A stretch of DNA of 64,000 bases from Gemmatimonadales bacterium (GCA_035518815.1 DATIXG010000060.1:64881-128880); one strand, 5' to 3'; counted from the first letter of the stretch, positions 50,429-61,197 are shown. Numbers and translations: made by a program. Notes: generated from the sequence alone by a model not told the origin.

Positions 50429-50502
50429 TGCGCCAGCCGCGATTCGAACGCGGGACCTTCGGCTCCGGAGGCCGACGCTCTATCCAGCTGAGCTACTGGC
50501 GC
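50429..50502 (-). tRNA. tRNA-Arg(CCG)
   Basis: Hand-folded cloverleaf: GCGCCAG..CTGGCGC acceptor stem, anticodon loop CTCCGGA, T-loop TTCGAAT. No CCA is encoded. Confidence 0.85.
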
Positions 50503-50521
50503 GTACAGAGGGTGGTGGCAA

Positions 50522-50596
50522 TCGGGGCGAGTGGATTTGAACCACCGACCTCCTGGTCCCGAACCAGGCGCGCTAACCGGGCTGCGCTACGCCCCG
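50522..50596 (-). tRNA. tRNA-Pro(CGG)
   Basis: CGGGGCG..CGCCCCG acceptor stem, anticodon loop TTCGGGA, T-loop TTCAAAT. Confidence 0.85.
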
Positions 50597-50610
50597 CAAC
50601 GACCGACCAA

Positions 50611-50684
50611 TGCGCCCAGAGGGACTCGAACCCCCAGCCTTTTGGTCCGTAGCCAAACGCTCTATCCAATTGAGCTATGGGCGC
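50611..50684 (-). tRNA. tRNA-Arg(ACG)
   Basis: GCGCCCA..TGGGCGC acceptor stem, anticodon loop CTACGGA, T-loop TTCGAGT. Confidence 0.85.
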
Positions 50685-50687
50685 GAG

Positions 50688-50761
<74 letters not shown>

Positions 50762-50766
50762 AAGCA

Positions 50767-50842
50767 AATGCGGAACGCGAAATGGCGAATGCGGAATGGT
50801 TGTCGCTGGACATTCCGCATTCCACACTCCGCATTCCGCATT
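50767..50842. repeat. long imperfect hairpin (32-nt arms made of GCGGAAT-type heptamers) in a tRNA spacer
   Basis: The left arm is AATGCGGAACGCGAAATGGCGAATGCGGAATG. The reverse complement of the right arm is AATGCGGAATGCGGAGTGTGGAATGCGGAATG. I count 27 of 32 positions pairing, with a 12-nt loop. Confidence 0.8.
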
Positions 50843-50845
50843 GAG

Positions 50846-50919
50846 TAGCGGGGGTGGGATTTGAACCCACGACCTCCGGGTTATGAGCCCGGCGAGCTAC
50901 CAGACTGCTCCACCCCGCG
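50846..50919 (-). tRNA. initiator tRNA-fMet(CAT)
   Basis: The 5' end is CGCGGGG with a C1:U72 mismatch. The anticodon stem has three G:C pairs (GGG/CCC) and the loop is CTCATAA. Confidence 0.85.
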
Positions 50920-50986
50920 TCGCTTGTCAGTCAGCCAGACGGACTGATCGCTAACCTCTACCCGTCTAACTATCTATCCCTTGCAG

Positions 50987-51059
50987 AGCGGGAAACGGGA
51001 CTCGAACCCGCGACCCCAACCTTGGCAAGGTTGTGCTCTACCAACTGAGCTATTCCCGC
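50987..51059 (-). tRNA. tRNA-Gly(GCC)
   Basis: GCGGGAA..TTCCCGC acceptor stem, anticodon loop TTGCCAA. Confidence 0.85.
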
Positions 51060-51130
51060 GTGCGCTGCTAATGTAACCGCTCAATTGGACAAGCTCTACC
51101 GCCTCCGCCCCTGCCCCGGCCGCCCTGCAG

Positions 51131-51203
51131 TGGAGGCGAGGGGGATCGAACCCCTGACCTCGTGAATGCCATTCACGCGCTCTCCCAACTGAGCTACGCC
51201 CCC
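51131..51203 (-). tRNA. tRNA-Ala(GGC)
   Basis: GGGGGCG..CGCCTCC acceptor stem with the G3:U70 identity pair. The anticodon loop is ATGGCAT. Confidence 0.85.
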
Positions 51204-51251
51204 GTTATATTGGCGCCCCCTAAACCCACCCCGGTCGGGCCGGAACACGGG

Positions 51252-51280
51252 ATGTTACCCGGGCGTTCTGGGGGTGTCAA
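51252..51280 (-). promoter_or_regulatory. candidate sigma70-type promoter of the tRNA cluster (TTGACA-N17-TAACAT)
   Basis: The minus strand reads TTGACA cccccagaacgcccggg TAACAT. It ends about 48 nt upstream of tRNA-Ala. Confidence 0.55.
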
Positions 51281-51314
51281 GCGAAGTTGCGCAGGCGCGC
51301 GAACCTTTGACCCC

Positions 51315-51330
51315 TGTGAGGCGTATCACA
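51315..51330. promoter_or_regulatory. perfect TGTGA-N6-TCACA palindrome (CRP/FNR-type site, or the core of a 9-bp stem hairpin)
   Basis: TGTGAGGCGTATCACA is embedded in CCCCTGTGA-GGCGTA-TCACAGGGG. It lies 47 nt upstream of the sigma factor ATG. Confidence 0.5.
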
Positions 51331-51376
51331 GGGGAGCCTCCGAAGCGGTACCACCACGAGCGAAACGGCCGAGGAC

Positions 51377-52390
51377 ATGCCCAAGCAGACGCGACGTGCC
51401 AAGACTGCTGTTGCCGCAGCCCGGACCAAGTCCCGGGCTGCTGTTGCGCGCCCTGCGGGTGCAGCGCCCGCGCCGCCGACGCCGCCTCCGGCCGCCAAGC
51501 CGAAGGGAGGCCGGAAGCGTGGCCGCCGGGGAAACCTGCTCTCGGGCTTGGGGCATCACGAACACGAGCGCGACATCCTCGATCAGTACCTCCACGAGGT
51601 TTCGAAGACCCCGCTCCTCACGCAAAAGGAGGAGATCGCTCTCGCCCGCAAGGTCCGGGCGGGCGACCAGGAGGCGATGCAGGAGCTGGTCAAGCGGAAT
51701 CTCCGCTTCGTCATCTCGGTCGCGAAGAAGTACCAGAACCGCGGCTTGCCGCTGACCGATCTGATCGGGGAAGGCAACGTCGGGTTGCTCACGGCTGCCC
51801 GGAAGTTCGACCCCGACCAGGGCGTGAAGTTCATCTCCTATGCGGTCTGGTGGATCCGTCAGGCGATTCTCGCCGCGCTCGCTCGGCAGGGGCGCACAGT
51901 GCGGGTGCCGCTGAACCGCACCGCGGACCTGTCCCGCATCGTGCGCACGGCGGAGTACCTGCGCCAGACGCTGCGGCGCGAGCCCACGCCTGAGGAGATC
52001 GCGGACGCCACCCGGCTGTCGCTCGAGGTCGTGCAGTCGCTCGCGGCCCTGAATACGGGTGACGTGCGGCTGGACGCGCCCCTCGATCCCGACGGCGATC
52101 GCTCGCTGATCGAGCGCTTCATCGCCGAGGACCTGCCCGACACCGAGGACCAGGCGATGGATCGGTTCTTGTCGGACGAGGTGGAGTCGGCGCTGTCCAC
52201 ACTGCAGCGGCGCGACGCGAAGGTGCTGCGGCTGTATTTCGGCCTCGACGGTGGCCGCGAGCACACGCTCGAGGAGATTGGCGCCATGCTCGGCGTGACG
52301 CGCGAGCGGGTCCGGCAGCTGCGTGATCGGGCGCTCAAGCGGCTGCGCGACGGCGACGTCGGGAAGGCGCTCGCGAGCTTCGCGGCGTAG
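51377..52390 (+). CDS. RNA polymerase sigma-70 family factor, compact RpoD-like type with a basic Ala/Pro/Lys/Arg-rich N-terminal tail
   Basis: Regions 1.2-4.2 are present (NLRFVISVAKKYQNRGLPLTDLIGEGNVGLL..FISYAVWWIRQAI..LEEIGAMLGVTRERVRQL). There is no region 1.1 and no large non-conserved insert. Confidence 0.9.
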   Translation: MPKQTRRAKTAVAAARTKSRAAVARPAGAAPAPPTPPPAAKPKGGRKRGRRGNLLSGLGHHEHERDILDQYLHEVSKTPLLTQKEEIALARKVRAGDQEAMQELVKRNLRFVISVAKKYQNRGLPLTDLIGEGNVGLLTAARKFDPDQGVKFISYAVWWIRQAILAALARQGRTVRVPLNRTADLSRIVRTAEYLRQTLRREPTPEEIADATRLSLEVVQSLAALNTGDVRLDAPLDPDGDRSLIERFIAEDLPDTEDQAMDRFLSDEVESALSTLQRRDAKVLRLYFGLDGGREHTLEEIGAMLGVTRERVRQLRDRALKRLRDGDVGKALASFAA

Positions 52391-52414
52391 CGGCACCGTT
52401 GTAAGTCGCTAGAC

Positions 52415-52477
52415 GCTACGTTGTACGAGGCGGCTCGGGGTTTCCACGGGCCGCCTCGTCGTTTCGTACAACGTAGC
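52415..52477 (+). terminator. long hairpin downstream of the sigma factor gene
   Basis: GCTACGTTGTACGA pairs with TCGTACAACGTAGC (14-bp perfect stem), and GGCGGC pairs with GCCGCC as an inner stem. The flanks carry GACGCTA-type repeats. Confidence 0.55.
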
Positions 52478-52508
52478 GACGTATGACGCAGCGTCGTAGT
52501 TTATCCCC

Positions 52509-53273
52509 GTGATTGAACGGATCGGCGCGAAGACCGCCGACCTCATCGAGGCCGTCGGGCGCTGGGGCCTGTTCACAGGCGACATGGTGCGGGCTCTGCC
52601 GGACGCGTCGACCTGGAGTCGCGAGGCGCTCGTGCAGATGCGGCGCATCGGGGTGGACTCCCTTCCGGTCGTGCTGTTCATCGCCGCATTCACGGGCGTG
52701 GTCCTCGCCCTCCAGGCGTCTTACACCTTTACGGGAACCGTCCCGCTCTATTTCGTCGGGACCCTCGTTGGCAAGACCATGATGCTCGAGCTCGGGCCGG
52801 TCCTCGTTGGCCTTGCGCTGGCCGGGCGCGTGGGAGGGAGCATGGCCGCCGAGCTCGGGACCATGAAGGTCACCGAGCAGGTCGACGCGCTCGAGACGCT
52901 CGCCTACGATCCCCAGAGCTTCCTGGTGGTGCCCCGTGTCCTCGCCGGGACGATCATGTTTCCGCTCGTCGTGGCGCTCGCCATGCTGGTCGGCATCGCG
53001 ACGGGCTGGGTGACGAGCCTGTGGCTGCTCCACCTGTCCACGGCCGAATTCGTGAAGGGGTTGAAGCAGTTCTACGAGTTCAAGGACACCTGGTTCGGCC
53101 TGTTCAAGAGCGGGACGTTCGGCTTCACGATTACCCTCGTGGGCTGCATGGTCGGGCTCTCGACGCGGGGCGGCGCCGAGGGGGTCGGGCGGAGCGCGAC
53201 GCGCGCCGTGGTCTACGCCGCCGTCCTGATACTCGTGCTCGACGCCTTCTGGGCGGCCGTGCTGCTCAGGTGA
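52509..53273 (+). CDS. mlaE: MlaE family ABC transporter permease
   Basis: ..LGPVLVGLALAGRVGGSMAAELGTMKVTEQVDALE.. is the MlaE signature. Confidence 0.9.
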   Translation: MIERIGAKTADLIEAVGRWGLFTGDMVRALPDASTWSREALVQMRRIGVDSLPVVLFIAAFTGVVLALQASYTFTGTVPLYFVGTLVGKTMMLELGPVLVGLALAGRVGGSMAAELGTMKVTEQVDALETLAYDPQSFLVVPRVLAGTIMFPLVVALAMLVGIATGWVTSLWLLHLSTAEFVKGLKQFYEFKDTWFGLFKSGTFGFTITLVGCMVGLSTRGGAEGVGRSATRAVVYAAVLILVLDAFWAAVLLR

Positions 53274-53995
53274 TCCGCTTGGCGGACCTGTGGAAGGCAT
53301 TCGGCAAGCAGCAGGTGCTCGCCGGTCTCACGCTCGAGGTTGAGGACGGGGAGACCCTCGTGCTCATCGGCTATTCGGGGAGCGGCAAGAGCGTGGTCCT
53401 GAAGCACATCGTGGGGCTGCTCGTCCCCGATCGAGGGGAGGTGTTCGTCGACGATCGCGCGGTTTCGACCCTCGAACGTCCGGCGCTGAACGCGCTGCGG
53501 GCCGAGATCGGGTACGTGTTTCAGTTCGCCGCGCTGTTCGACTCGATGACCGTCGCCGACAACATCGCCTTGGGGCTGCGGCGTCGAGACCTGAGCGAGG
53601 ACGAGATCGGCGAGCGCGTCGGGGAGGCGCTCGCCGTTGTGGACCTGACGGGAGCGGGGGAGCGCTATCCGGCCGAGCTGTCGGGGGGGATGCGGAAGAG
53701 GGTCGGGATCGCGCGCGCGATCGCGCTGCGGCCGCGCTATATCCTTTATGACGAGCCCACGACCGGGCTCGACCCGGTGACGGCCGCGGTGATCGACCGG
53801 CTCATCGTACGGACCCGCGAGCGCTTCGGGGTGACGGGCTTGGTGGTGACACACGACATGCGCAGTGCCTACACCGTGGGAGACCGCATGGCGATGCTGT
53901 ACGAGGGCCGGATCCACCAGGTGGGGACGGTGGCAGAGATGCGGGAGACGAGCGACCCGGTGGTGCGCCAGTTCATCGAGGGGCGCCCGACATGA
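53270..53995 (+). CDS. mlaF: ABC transporter ATP-binding protein (MlaF-like)
   Basis: It has Walker A (GYSGSGKS), the signature LSGGMRKR and Walker B (ILYDEP). The GTG start overlaps the mlaE stop. Confidence 0.9.
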   Translation: MIRLADLWKAFGKQQVLAGLTLEVEDGETLVLIGYSGSGKSVVLKHIVGLLVPDRGEVFVDDRAVSTLERPALNALRAEIGYVFQFAALFDSMTVADNIALGLRRRDLSEDEIGERVGEALAVVDLTGAGERYPAELSGGMRKRVGIARAIALRPRYILYDEPTTGLDPVTAAVIDRLIVRTRERFGVTGLVVTHDMRSAYTVGDRMAMLYEGRIHQVGTVAEMRETSDPVVRQFIEGRPT

Positions 53996-54999
53996 AGCGC
54001 GCGAACGAATTCACGGTCGGGGTGGTGGTGATCGTCGCCTTAGCCGTGGTGGTCGTCGGCGCGCTCTGGTTGTCGGGCGTCCACATCGGCAGGGCGGAGG
54101 CGGTCTACACCGCCCGCTTCCGGACGGTGGGAGGGCTCGGGGTGGGCGCGCCCGTCGTGCTGCGGGGCGTGCGGATCGGCCGGGTGGAGGCGATCCGTCT
54201 GGCGACCGGGAACTGGGTCGAGGCGAACTTGAAGGTGTACCGCGGAGTGACGCTCCCACCCCGACCGGCCGTGGTGGCCGCGTCCGCTTCCCTCTTTGGG
54301 GAGTGGGCGGCGACGCTGGTCCCGATCGAGCAGCTTCCCGACGATCCCAACCTGCGCCAGGCCATCGCGGAAGCGTCGGAAGGCGCGGGCACGAAGTGGC
54401 CCGGCGCCACCCTGCCCGACATCGGCCAGCTCACGGCACAGGCGAGCCGGATCGCGACCGACATCGCCGTTGTGGCGAACCGTGTGCAGACGGCCTTCGA
54501 CTCGGAGGCCGTGTTCGAGCTGCGGCACTCGATCCGGGATTTCGGGCGCGTGGCCGATCGCCTGGCGCGGGTCACGAACGAGCAAGCCGAGGTGCTTGGC
54601 TCCGTCGGGTCGAATCTGCGGCAGGGCTCCGATATCCTGGCCAAAGCGGCCTCCAACCTGTCGGCGACATTGGGCCGGGTGGATTCCGCCACGAATCAGG
54701 GCCAGCTGTCCACCATCCTCAACAACTCCGCCGCGACGAGCCAGGATCTGCGCACGGCGTCGCAGAATCTCCGGGACCTGAGCGAGGCGGCGCACCGCAA
54801 TCAAGAGAGCCTGATCCGGGTGCTCGTGTCGGCCGATACGGTCATGTCCCGGATCGCCAACGGCAGCGGCACCCTGGGCCTCCTCGTATCCGATTCGACG
54901 CTGTATCGCGAGACGACGCTGACGATGATCCAGCTGCGGCAGCTGCTGTCGGACATCCAGGCGAATCCGAGGAAGTACTTCACCTTCAGCGTCTTCTAG
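53992..54999 (+). CDS. mlaD: MlaD/MCE domain protein
   Basis: It has an N-terminal TM segment, an MCE core (..GLGVGAPVVLRGVRIGRVEAI..) and a long helical C-terminus. Confidence 0.85.
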   Translation: MKRANEFTVGVVVIVALAVVVVGALWLSGVHIGRAEAVYTARFRTVGGLGVGAPVVLRGVRIGRVEAIRLATGNWVEANLKVYRGVTLPPRPAVVAASASLFGEWAATLVPIEQLPDDPNLRQAIAEASEGAGTKWPGATLPDIGQLTAQASRIATDIAVVANRVQTAFDSEAVFELRHSIRDFGRVADRLARVTNEQAEVLGSVGSNLRQGSDILAKAASNLSATLGRVDSATNQGQLSTILNNSAATSQDLRTASQNLRDLSEAAHRNQESLIRVLVSADTVMSRIANGSGTLGLLVSDSTLYRETTLTMIQLRQLLSDIQANPRKYFTFSVF

Positions 55000-55007
55000 A
55001 GCGTCAC

Positions 55008-55466
55008 GTGGCGAAGACCAAGCGACGGGCACAGCGGGAGACGAGCGCCGGCGGTGTCGTGTTTCGCCGGACCGGGGATGCCCCGCGGTTCCTGTTGATC
55101 CGTGACTCGTACAAGAACTGGGGGCTTCCGAAAGGGCACCTGGAGCCCGGGGAGCCTCCCGCAGACGCGGCCCGCCGGGAGGTGATTGAGGAAACGGCGC
55201 TCTCTGACTTGGTGGTGCATGGGCCGATTCAGGTGATCGATTGGTATTTCCGGTTTCGCGGCCGCACGATCCACAAGTACTGTCACTTCTTCCTGTTCGA
55301 ATCGCAGAACGGTGATCCCGTACCCCAGGCGGAGGAAGGCATTACAGCCTGCGCGTGGCACACGTTCGAAGAGGCGGTCGCAACCATTTCCTACGACAAC
55401 GCACGCGGGGTATTGGAGCGCGCGGCGGACATGGTGCGCACGCTCGCCGAGGAGCGCGCGGGGTGA
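55008..55466 (+). CDS. NUDIX hydrolase
   Basis: The Nudix box is GLPKGHLEPGEPPADAARREVIEETA. Confidence 0.85.
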   Translation: MAKTKRRAQRETSAGGVVFRRTGDAPRFLLIRDSYKNWGLPKGHLEPGEPPADAARREVIEETALSDLVVHGPIQVIDWYFRFRGRTIHKYCHFFLFESQNGDPVPQAEEGITACAWHTFEEAVATISYDNARGVLERAADMVRTLAEERAG

Positions 55467-56230
55467 GCATCGTGCCCGTATTCCACCCGCGGCGCGAAGC
55501 GCGGCGGGCGGTGCAGCGCGGGTATCCGCGTGCGGCCGGCAGCGTGCGGCTTTGCCGCACGTTTGCCGCGGTCGAGCGATTGCTGGCGGATCGCCTCGTC
55601 GACGCTGTCGTGCTGGATGTGAAGGCCGCGCCCGACCGGGGCCTTGCCCTCCCGCGCCGCTTCCCCCGGATTCCCATCTATGTGCTGTCGGCATTTCGGC
55701 CCGACGATGGTGTGCTCCTGGCCGCGTGCCAGCGGGCGGGCTACGCCGGGGTGTTGGTGGAAGGGGTGGACAACGCCGTGTCCGGAGAGTGGGTGGCGGC
55801 TCGGACCGCGCAAGCCGCCCGGCGCGCGGCGTTGAGCGATGCTCCCCGCCTGCTCCGACTCACGGACCGTCTGCAGCTTGCCGCCTGGGACGAGGTCCAG
55901 CGGCGGGTCGCGGCCCCCATTCAGACCGCTCACGTCGCGCAGGCACTCCGGGTGACCCGGGAGCATTTGTCGCGCGAGTTCGCGGTCGGGGGCGCGCCGA
56001 ATCTGAAGCGGGTGATCGACTTGGCGCGCACCGCCTGCGCCGCCGATCTGCTTGGCAACCCTGGGTATAGCGTCGGCGCGGTCGCGCGCATCCTGGGATA
56101 CGCGACGGCCGGTCATCTGGCCGTCGTGGCACGGCGGGTAGCGGGCACGACCGCCCGGGAGCTACGCGACCTCGGCCCGCGCGGCGTCCTGTCCCGTTTT
56201 GTGCGGGGGAGAACCCGGTCCCGGGTTTGA
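55463..56230 (+). CDS. AraC-family transcriptional regulator with a receiver-like N-terminal domain
   Basis: The C-terminus has an HTH_18-type region (..[35 protein letters not shown]..). The N-terminus has DAVVLDV but lacks the acidic pair. The GTGA start overlaps the Nudix stop. Confidence 0.75.
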   Translation: MSIVPVFHPRREARRAVQRGYPRAAGSVRLCRTFAAVERLLADRLVDAVVLDVKAAPDRGLALPRRFPRIPIYVLSAFRPDDGVLLAACQRAGYAGVLVEGVDNAVSGEWVAARTAQAARRAALSDAPRLLRLTDRLQLAAWDEVQRRVAAPIQTAHVAQALRVTREHLSREFAVGGAPNLKRVIDLARTACAADLLGNPGYSVGAVARILGYATAGHLAVVARRVAGTTARELRDLGPRGVLSRFVRGRTRSRV

Positions 56231-56264
56231 CCAGGGCGGCCTGCTATTCCCCATTCGGTCTCCA

Positions 56265-56280
56265 TGTGATAAAATTCACA
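56265..56280. promoter_or_regulatory. perfect TGTGA-N6-TCACA palindrome overlapping an extended -10-like TGATAAAAT
   Basis: TGTGATAAAATTCACA ends 29 nt upstream of the atpA ATG. Confidence 0.5.
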
Positions 56281-56309
56281 AACTTCAACCCACCCTAACT
56301 CCTGATCCC

Positions 56310-57851
<1,542 letters not shown>

Positions 57852-57852
57852 C

Positions 57853-58740
57853 ATGGCCAAGCCCCGGGAGCTGCGCCGGCGCATTCGCTCGGTCCAGAAC
57901 ACGCGCAAGATCACGAAGACCATGGAGCTGGTCGCCACGTCCAAGCTGAAGCGCGCGCAGGACCGGGTGGTGGCCGCGCGTCCCTATGCGGCCGCTCTGT
58001 CCGACGTGATCGCCGATCTCTATTCGCCGGCGCTCGCCGAGCGGTTTCCGCTGCTGCGGCAGCCTGCAGCGGGGGGCGTGAAGCGGGTCGCGCTCGTCGT
58101 CATCACGTCGAACCGCGGCCTGTGCGGCGCGTTCAACGCGAATCTCATCCGGGAAGGCCGCCGGCGCACCCAGGAGCTCGAAGGCGAGGGGGCGACCGTC
58201 GATCTGCACCTCGTGGGGAAGAAGGGAATCGGGTTCTTCAGGTTCTCCAAGCGGGTGATCGCTTCGCAGCGCATCGATATCGGTGACCGGCCCACCGCTG
58301 CGCACGCGACCGAACTCGTGAAGCCATTGATGGAGGCCTTCGAAGCCGGGACGCTCGACGCCGTCGAGGTCGTGTACGCGAAGTTCATCACTCCGGTTTC
58401 GACGCCGGCGTCGGTGTTGCGCATCCTCCCTGCTACCCCACCCCAGGCGGTCGAGGGCGGTCAGGGGCGGTCGGGGGCGGACGCCTACATCCTCAAGCCT
58501 TCGGCAGAGGCGATTCTCGAGCGCCTGCTCCCGTTGTACGTGCAGAACCAGATGTTCCGCGCGCTGGTCGAGACCGCCGCGGCGGAGCATGGCGCCCGCC
58601 GAACTGCGATGAAGAACGCGACCGACTCGGCCGGTGACATCCTCGACATCCTGCGCCGCACCTACAATCGGGCGCGGCAGGCCCAAATCACCCAGGAGAT
58701 CGCCGAAATCGTCGGCGGGGCTGAAGCGCTGCAAGGGTGA
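57853..58740 (+). CDS. atpG: F1 ATP synthase subunit gamma
   Basis: MAKPRELRRRIRSVQNTRKITKTMELVA.. with a C-terminal ..YNRARQAQITQEIAEIVGGAEAL. Confidence 0.95.
   Translation: MAKPRELRRRIRSVQNTRKITKTMELVATSKLKRAQDRVVAARPYAAALSDVIADLYSPALAERFPLLRQPAAGGVKRVALVVITSNRGLCGAFNANLIREGRRRTQELEGEGATVDLHLVGKKGIGFFRFSKRVIASQRIDIGDRPTAAHATELVKPLMEAFEAGTLDAVEVVYAKFITPVSTPASVLRILPATPPQAVEGGQGRSGADAYILKPSAEAILERLLPLYVQNQMFRALVETAAAEHGARRTAMKNATDSAGDILDILRRTYNRARQAQITQEIAEIVGGAEALQG
58447..58486. repeat. four tandem decamers (GGCGGTCGAG/GGCGGTCAGG/GGCGGTCGGG/GGCGGACGCC) inside atpG
   Basis: The reverse complement contains GACCGCCCTC, which is identical to one unit of the 17261-17330 array. It is translated as ..QAVEGGQGRSGADA.. 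Confidence 0.8.
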
Positions 58741-58751
58741 GCACCCTCTAA

Positions 58752-60218
<1,467 letters not shown>

Positions 60219-60222
60219 GCGC

Positions 60223-60471
60223 ATGCACGTCACCGTCATCTCTCCCGAGCGCGGCGTGTTCGACGGCGAGGCCGACGCGTTGGTTGCACCCGCCTTCGAC
60301 GGGCTCGTCGGCATCCAACCTCATCACGCCCCGTTTCTCACACTGCTCGGTGAAGGAACGTTGCACGTGCGCCACGGCGGGGCGACCAGCACGTTCCGCG
60401 TCGCAGGCGGATTTCTCCAAGTGACGCAGAACACAGTCCGAGTGGTCACTGATCGAGTGGAAACCTCTTGA
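60223..60471 (+). CDS. atpC: F1 ATP synthase subunit epsilon, short form (beta-sandwich only)
   Basis: MHVTVISPERGVFDGEADALVAPAFDGLVGIQPHHAPFLT.. is the epsilon N-domain at 82 aa. An alternative GTG at 60211 overlaps the atpD stop. Confidence 0.8.
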   Translation: MHVTVISPERGVFDGEADALVAPAFDGLVGIQPHHAPFLTLLGEGTLHVRHGGATSTFRVAGGFLQVTQNTVRVVTDRVETS

Positions 60472-60484
60472 CAGGATCGTAGTG

Positions 60485-60525
60485 CTGCCTTAGAGGTTGG
60501 GCGCTCCACGAGGCGCCCTAGGCAG
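60485..60525 (+). terminator. compound GC-rich hairpin after atpC
   Basis: CTGCCT..GGGCGC-tccacgag-GCGCCC..AGGCAG, followed by TTCC. Confidence 0.45.
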
Positions 60526-60555
60526 TTCCAATACGTACCTGTCCGGAGGAATGCC

Positions 60556-61152
60556 ATGTTGAAGGTCCTCGGTAGTGCGTTCCTGGTAGGGAGTCTCATC
60601 GGGCTCGCCATGCCCGCCTCCGCCCAGCGGCGAGCCACCACGACGACGAGCTCGAGCAGCATGAGCGCCCCCAAGCATGAGCTTGGCGCCGACCTCGCGA
60701 CGCAGTTCGTCAATCGCGGCGATGGCGTCGGCGGCGGCATCCAGTTCGGGGCGCCCGTGGATGTGCGGTGGGGCTTCCTGTCGAAGTCGCCGTTGAATTT
60801 CGAAGTGCGGGCGTCGTTCGCGTACGACAGCAAGGGAGCCGGCGGCGATGCGCTGCTCACCTTCTCCCCTGGTGTCAACGCGCTGTATCAGCTGAAGCGC
60901 GGTGGCGGGCCACACGGGCTGCTGCGGGCGCCGTATGTCACGGGCGGCGTCGGCCTGAATCTCGTGAAGTTCGGCGCAGCCGGCACCGACACGCAGTTCG
61001 GACTGGGCGCCGGGCTCGGCACGCGCCTCCCCGCCGGGGGCGGCAGCCTCGTCTGGCGGCCGGAGGGATTCATGACCTACTCCTTTGCGTCCGGAAATCT
61101 GCCGAGTGCCTTCGCGATCGGCCTCCGGATGGGCATGTCCTTCTGGCACTAG
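60556..61152 (+). CDS. small outer membrane beta-barrel-like protein
   Basis: It has the signal peptide ..LAMPASAQ and Gly/Ala-rich alternating strands. It ends ..GMSFWH. Confidence 0.6.
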   Translation: MLKVLGSAFLVGSLIGLAMPASAQRRATTTTSSSSMSAPKHELGADLATQFVNRGDGVGGGIQFGAPVDVRWGFLSKSPLNFEVRASFAYDSKGAGGDALLTFSPGVNALYQLKRGGGPHGLLRAPYVTGGVGLNLVKFGAAGTDTQFGLGAGLGTRLPAGGGSLVWRPEGFMTYSFASGNLPSAFAIGLRMGMSFWH

Positions 61153-61197
61153 TCGGAGGGCGTGGCGCGGCGTGAGCCGCATCACCCGCGCGGTCTC

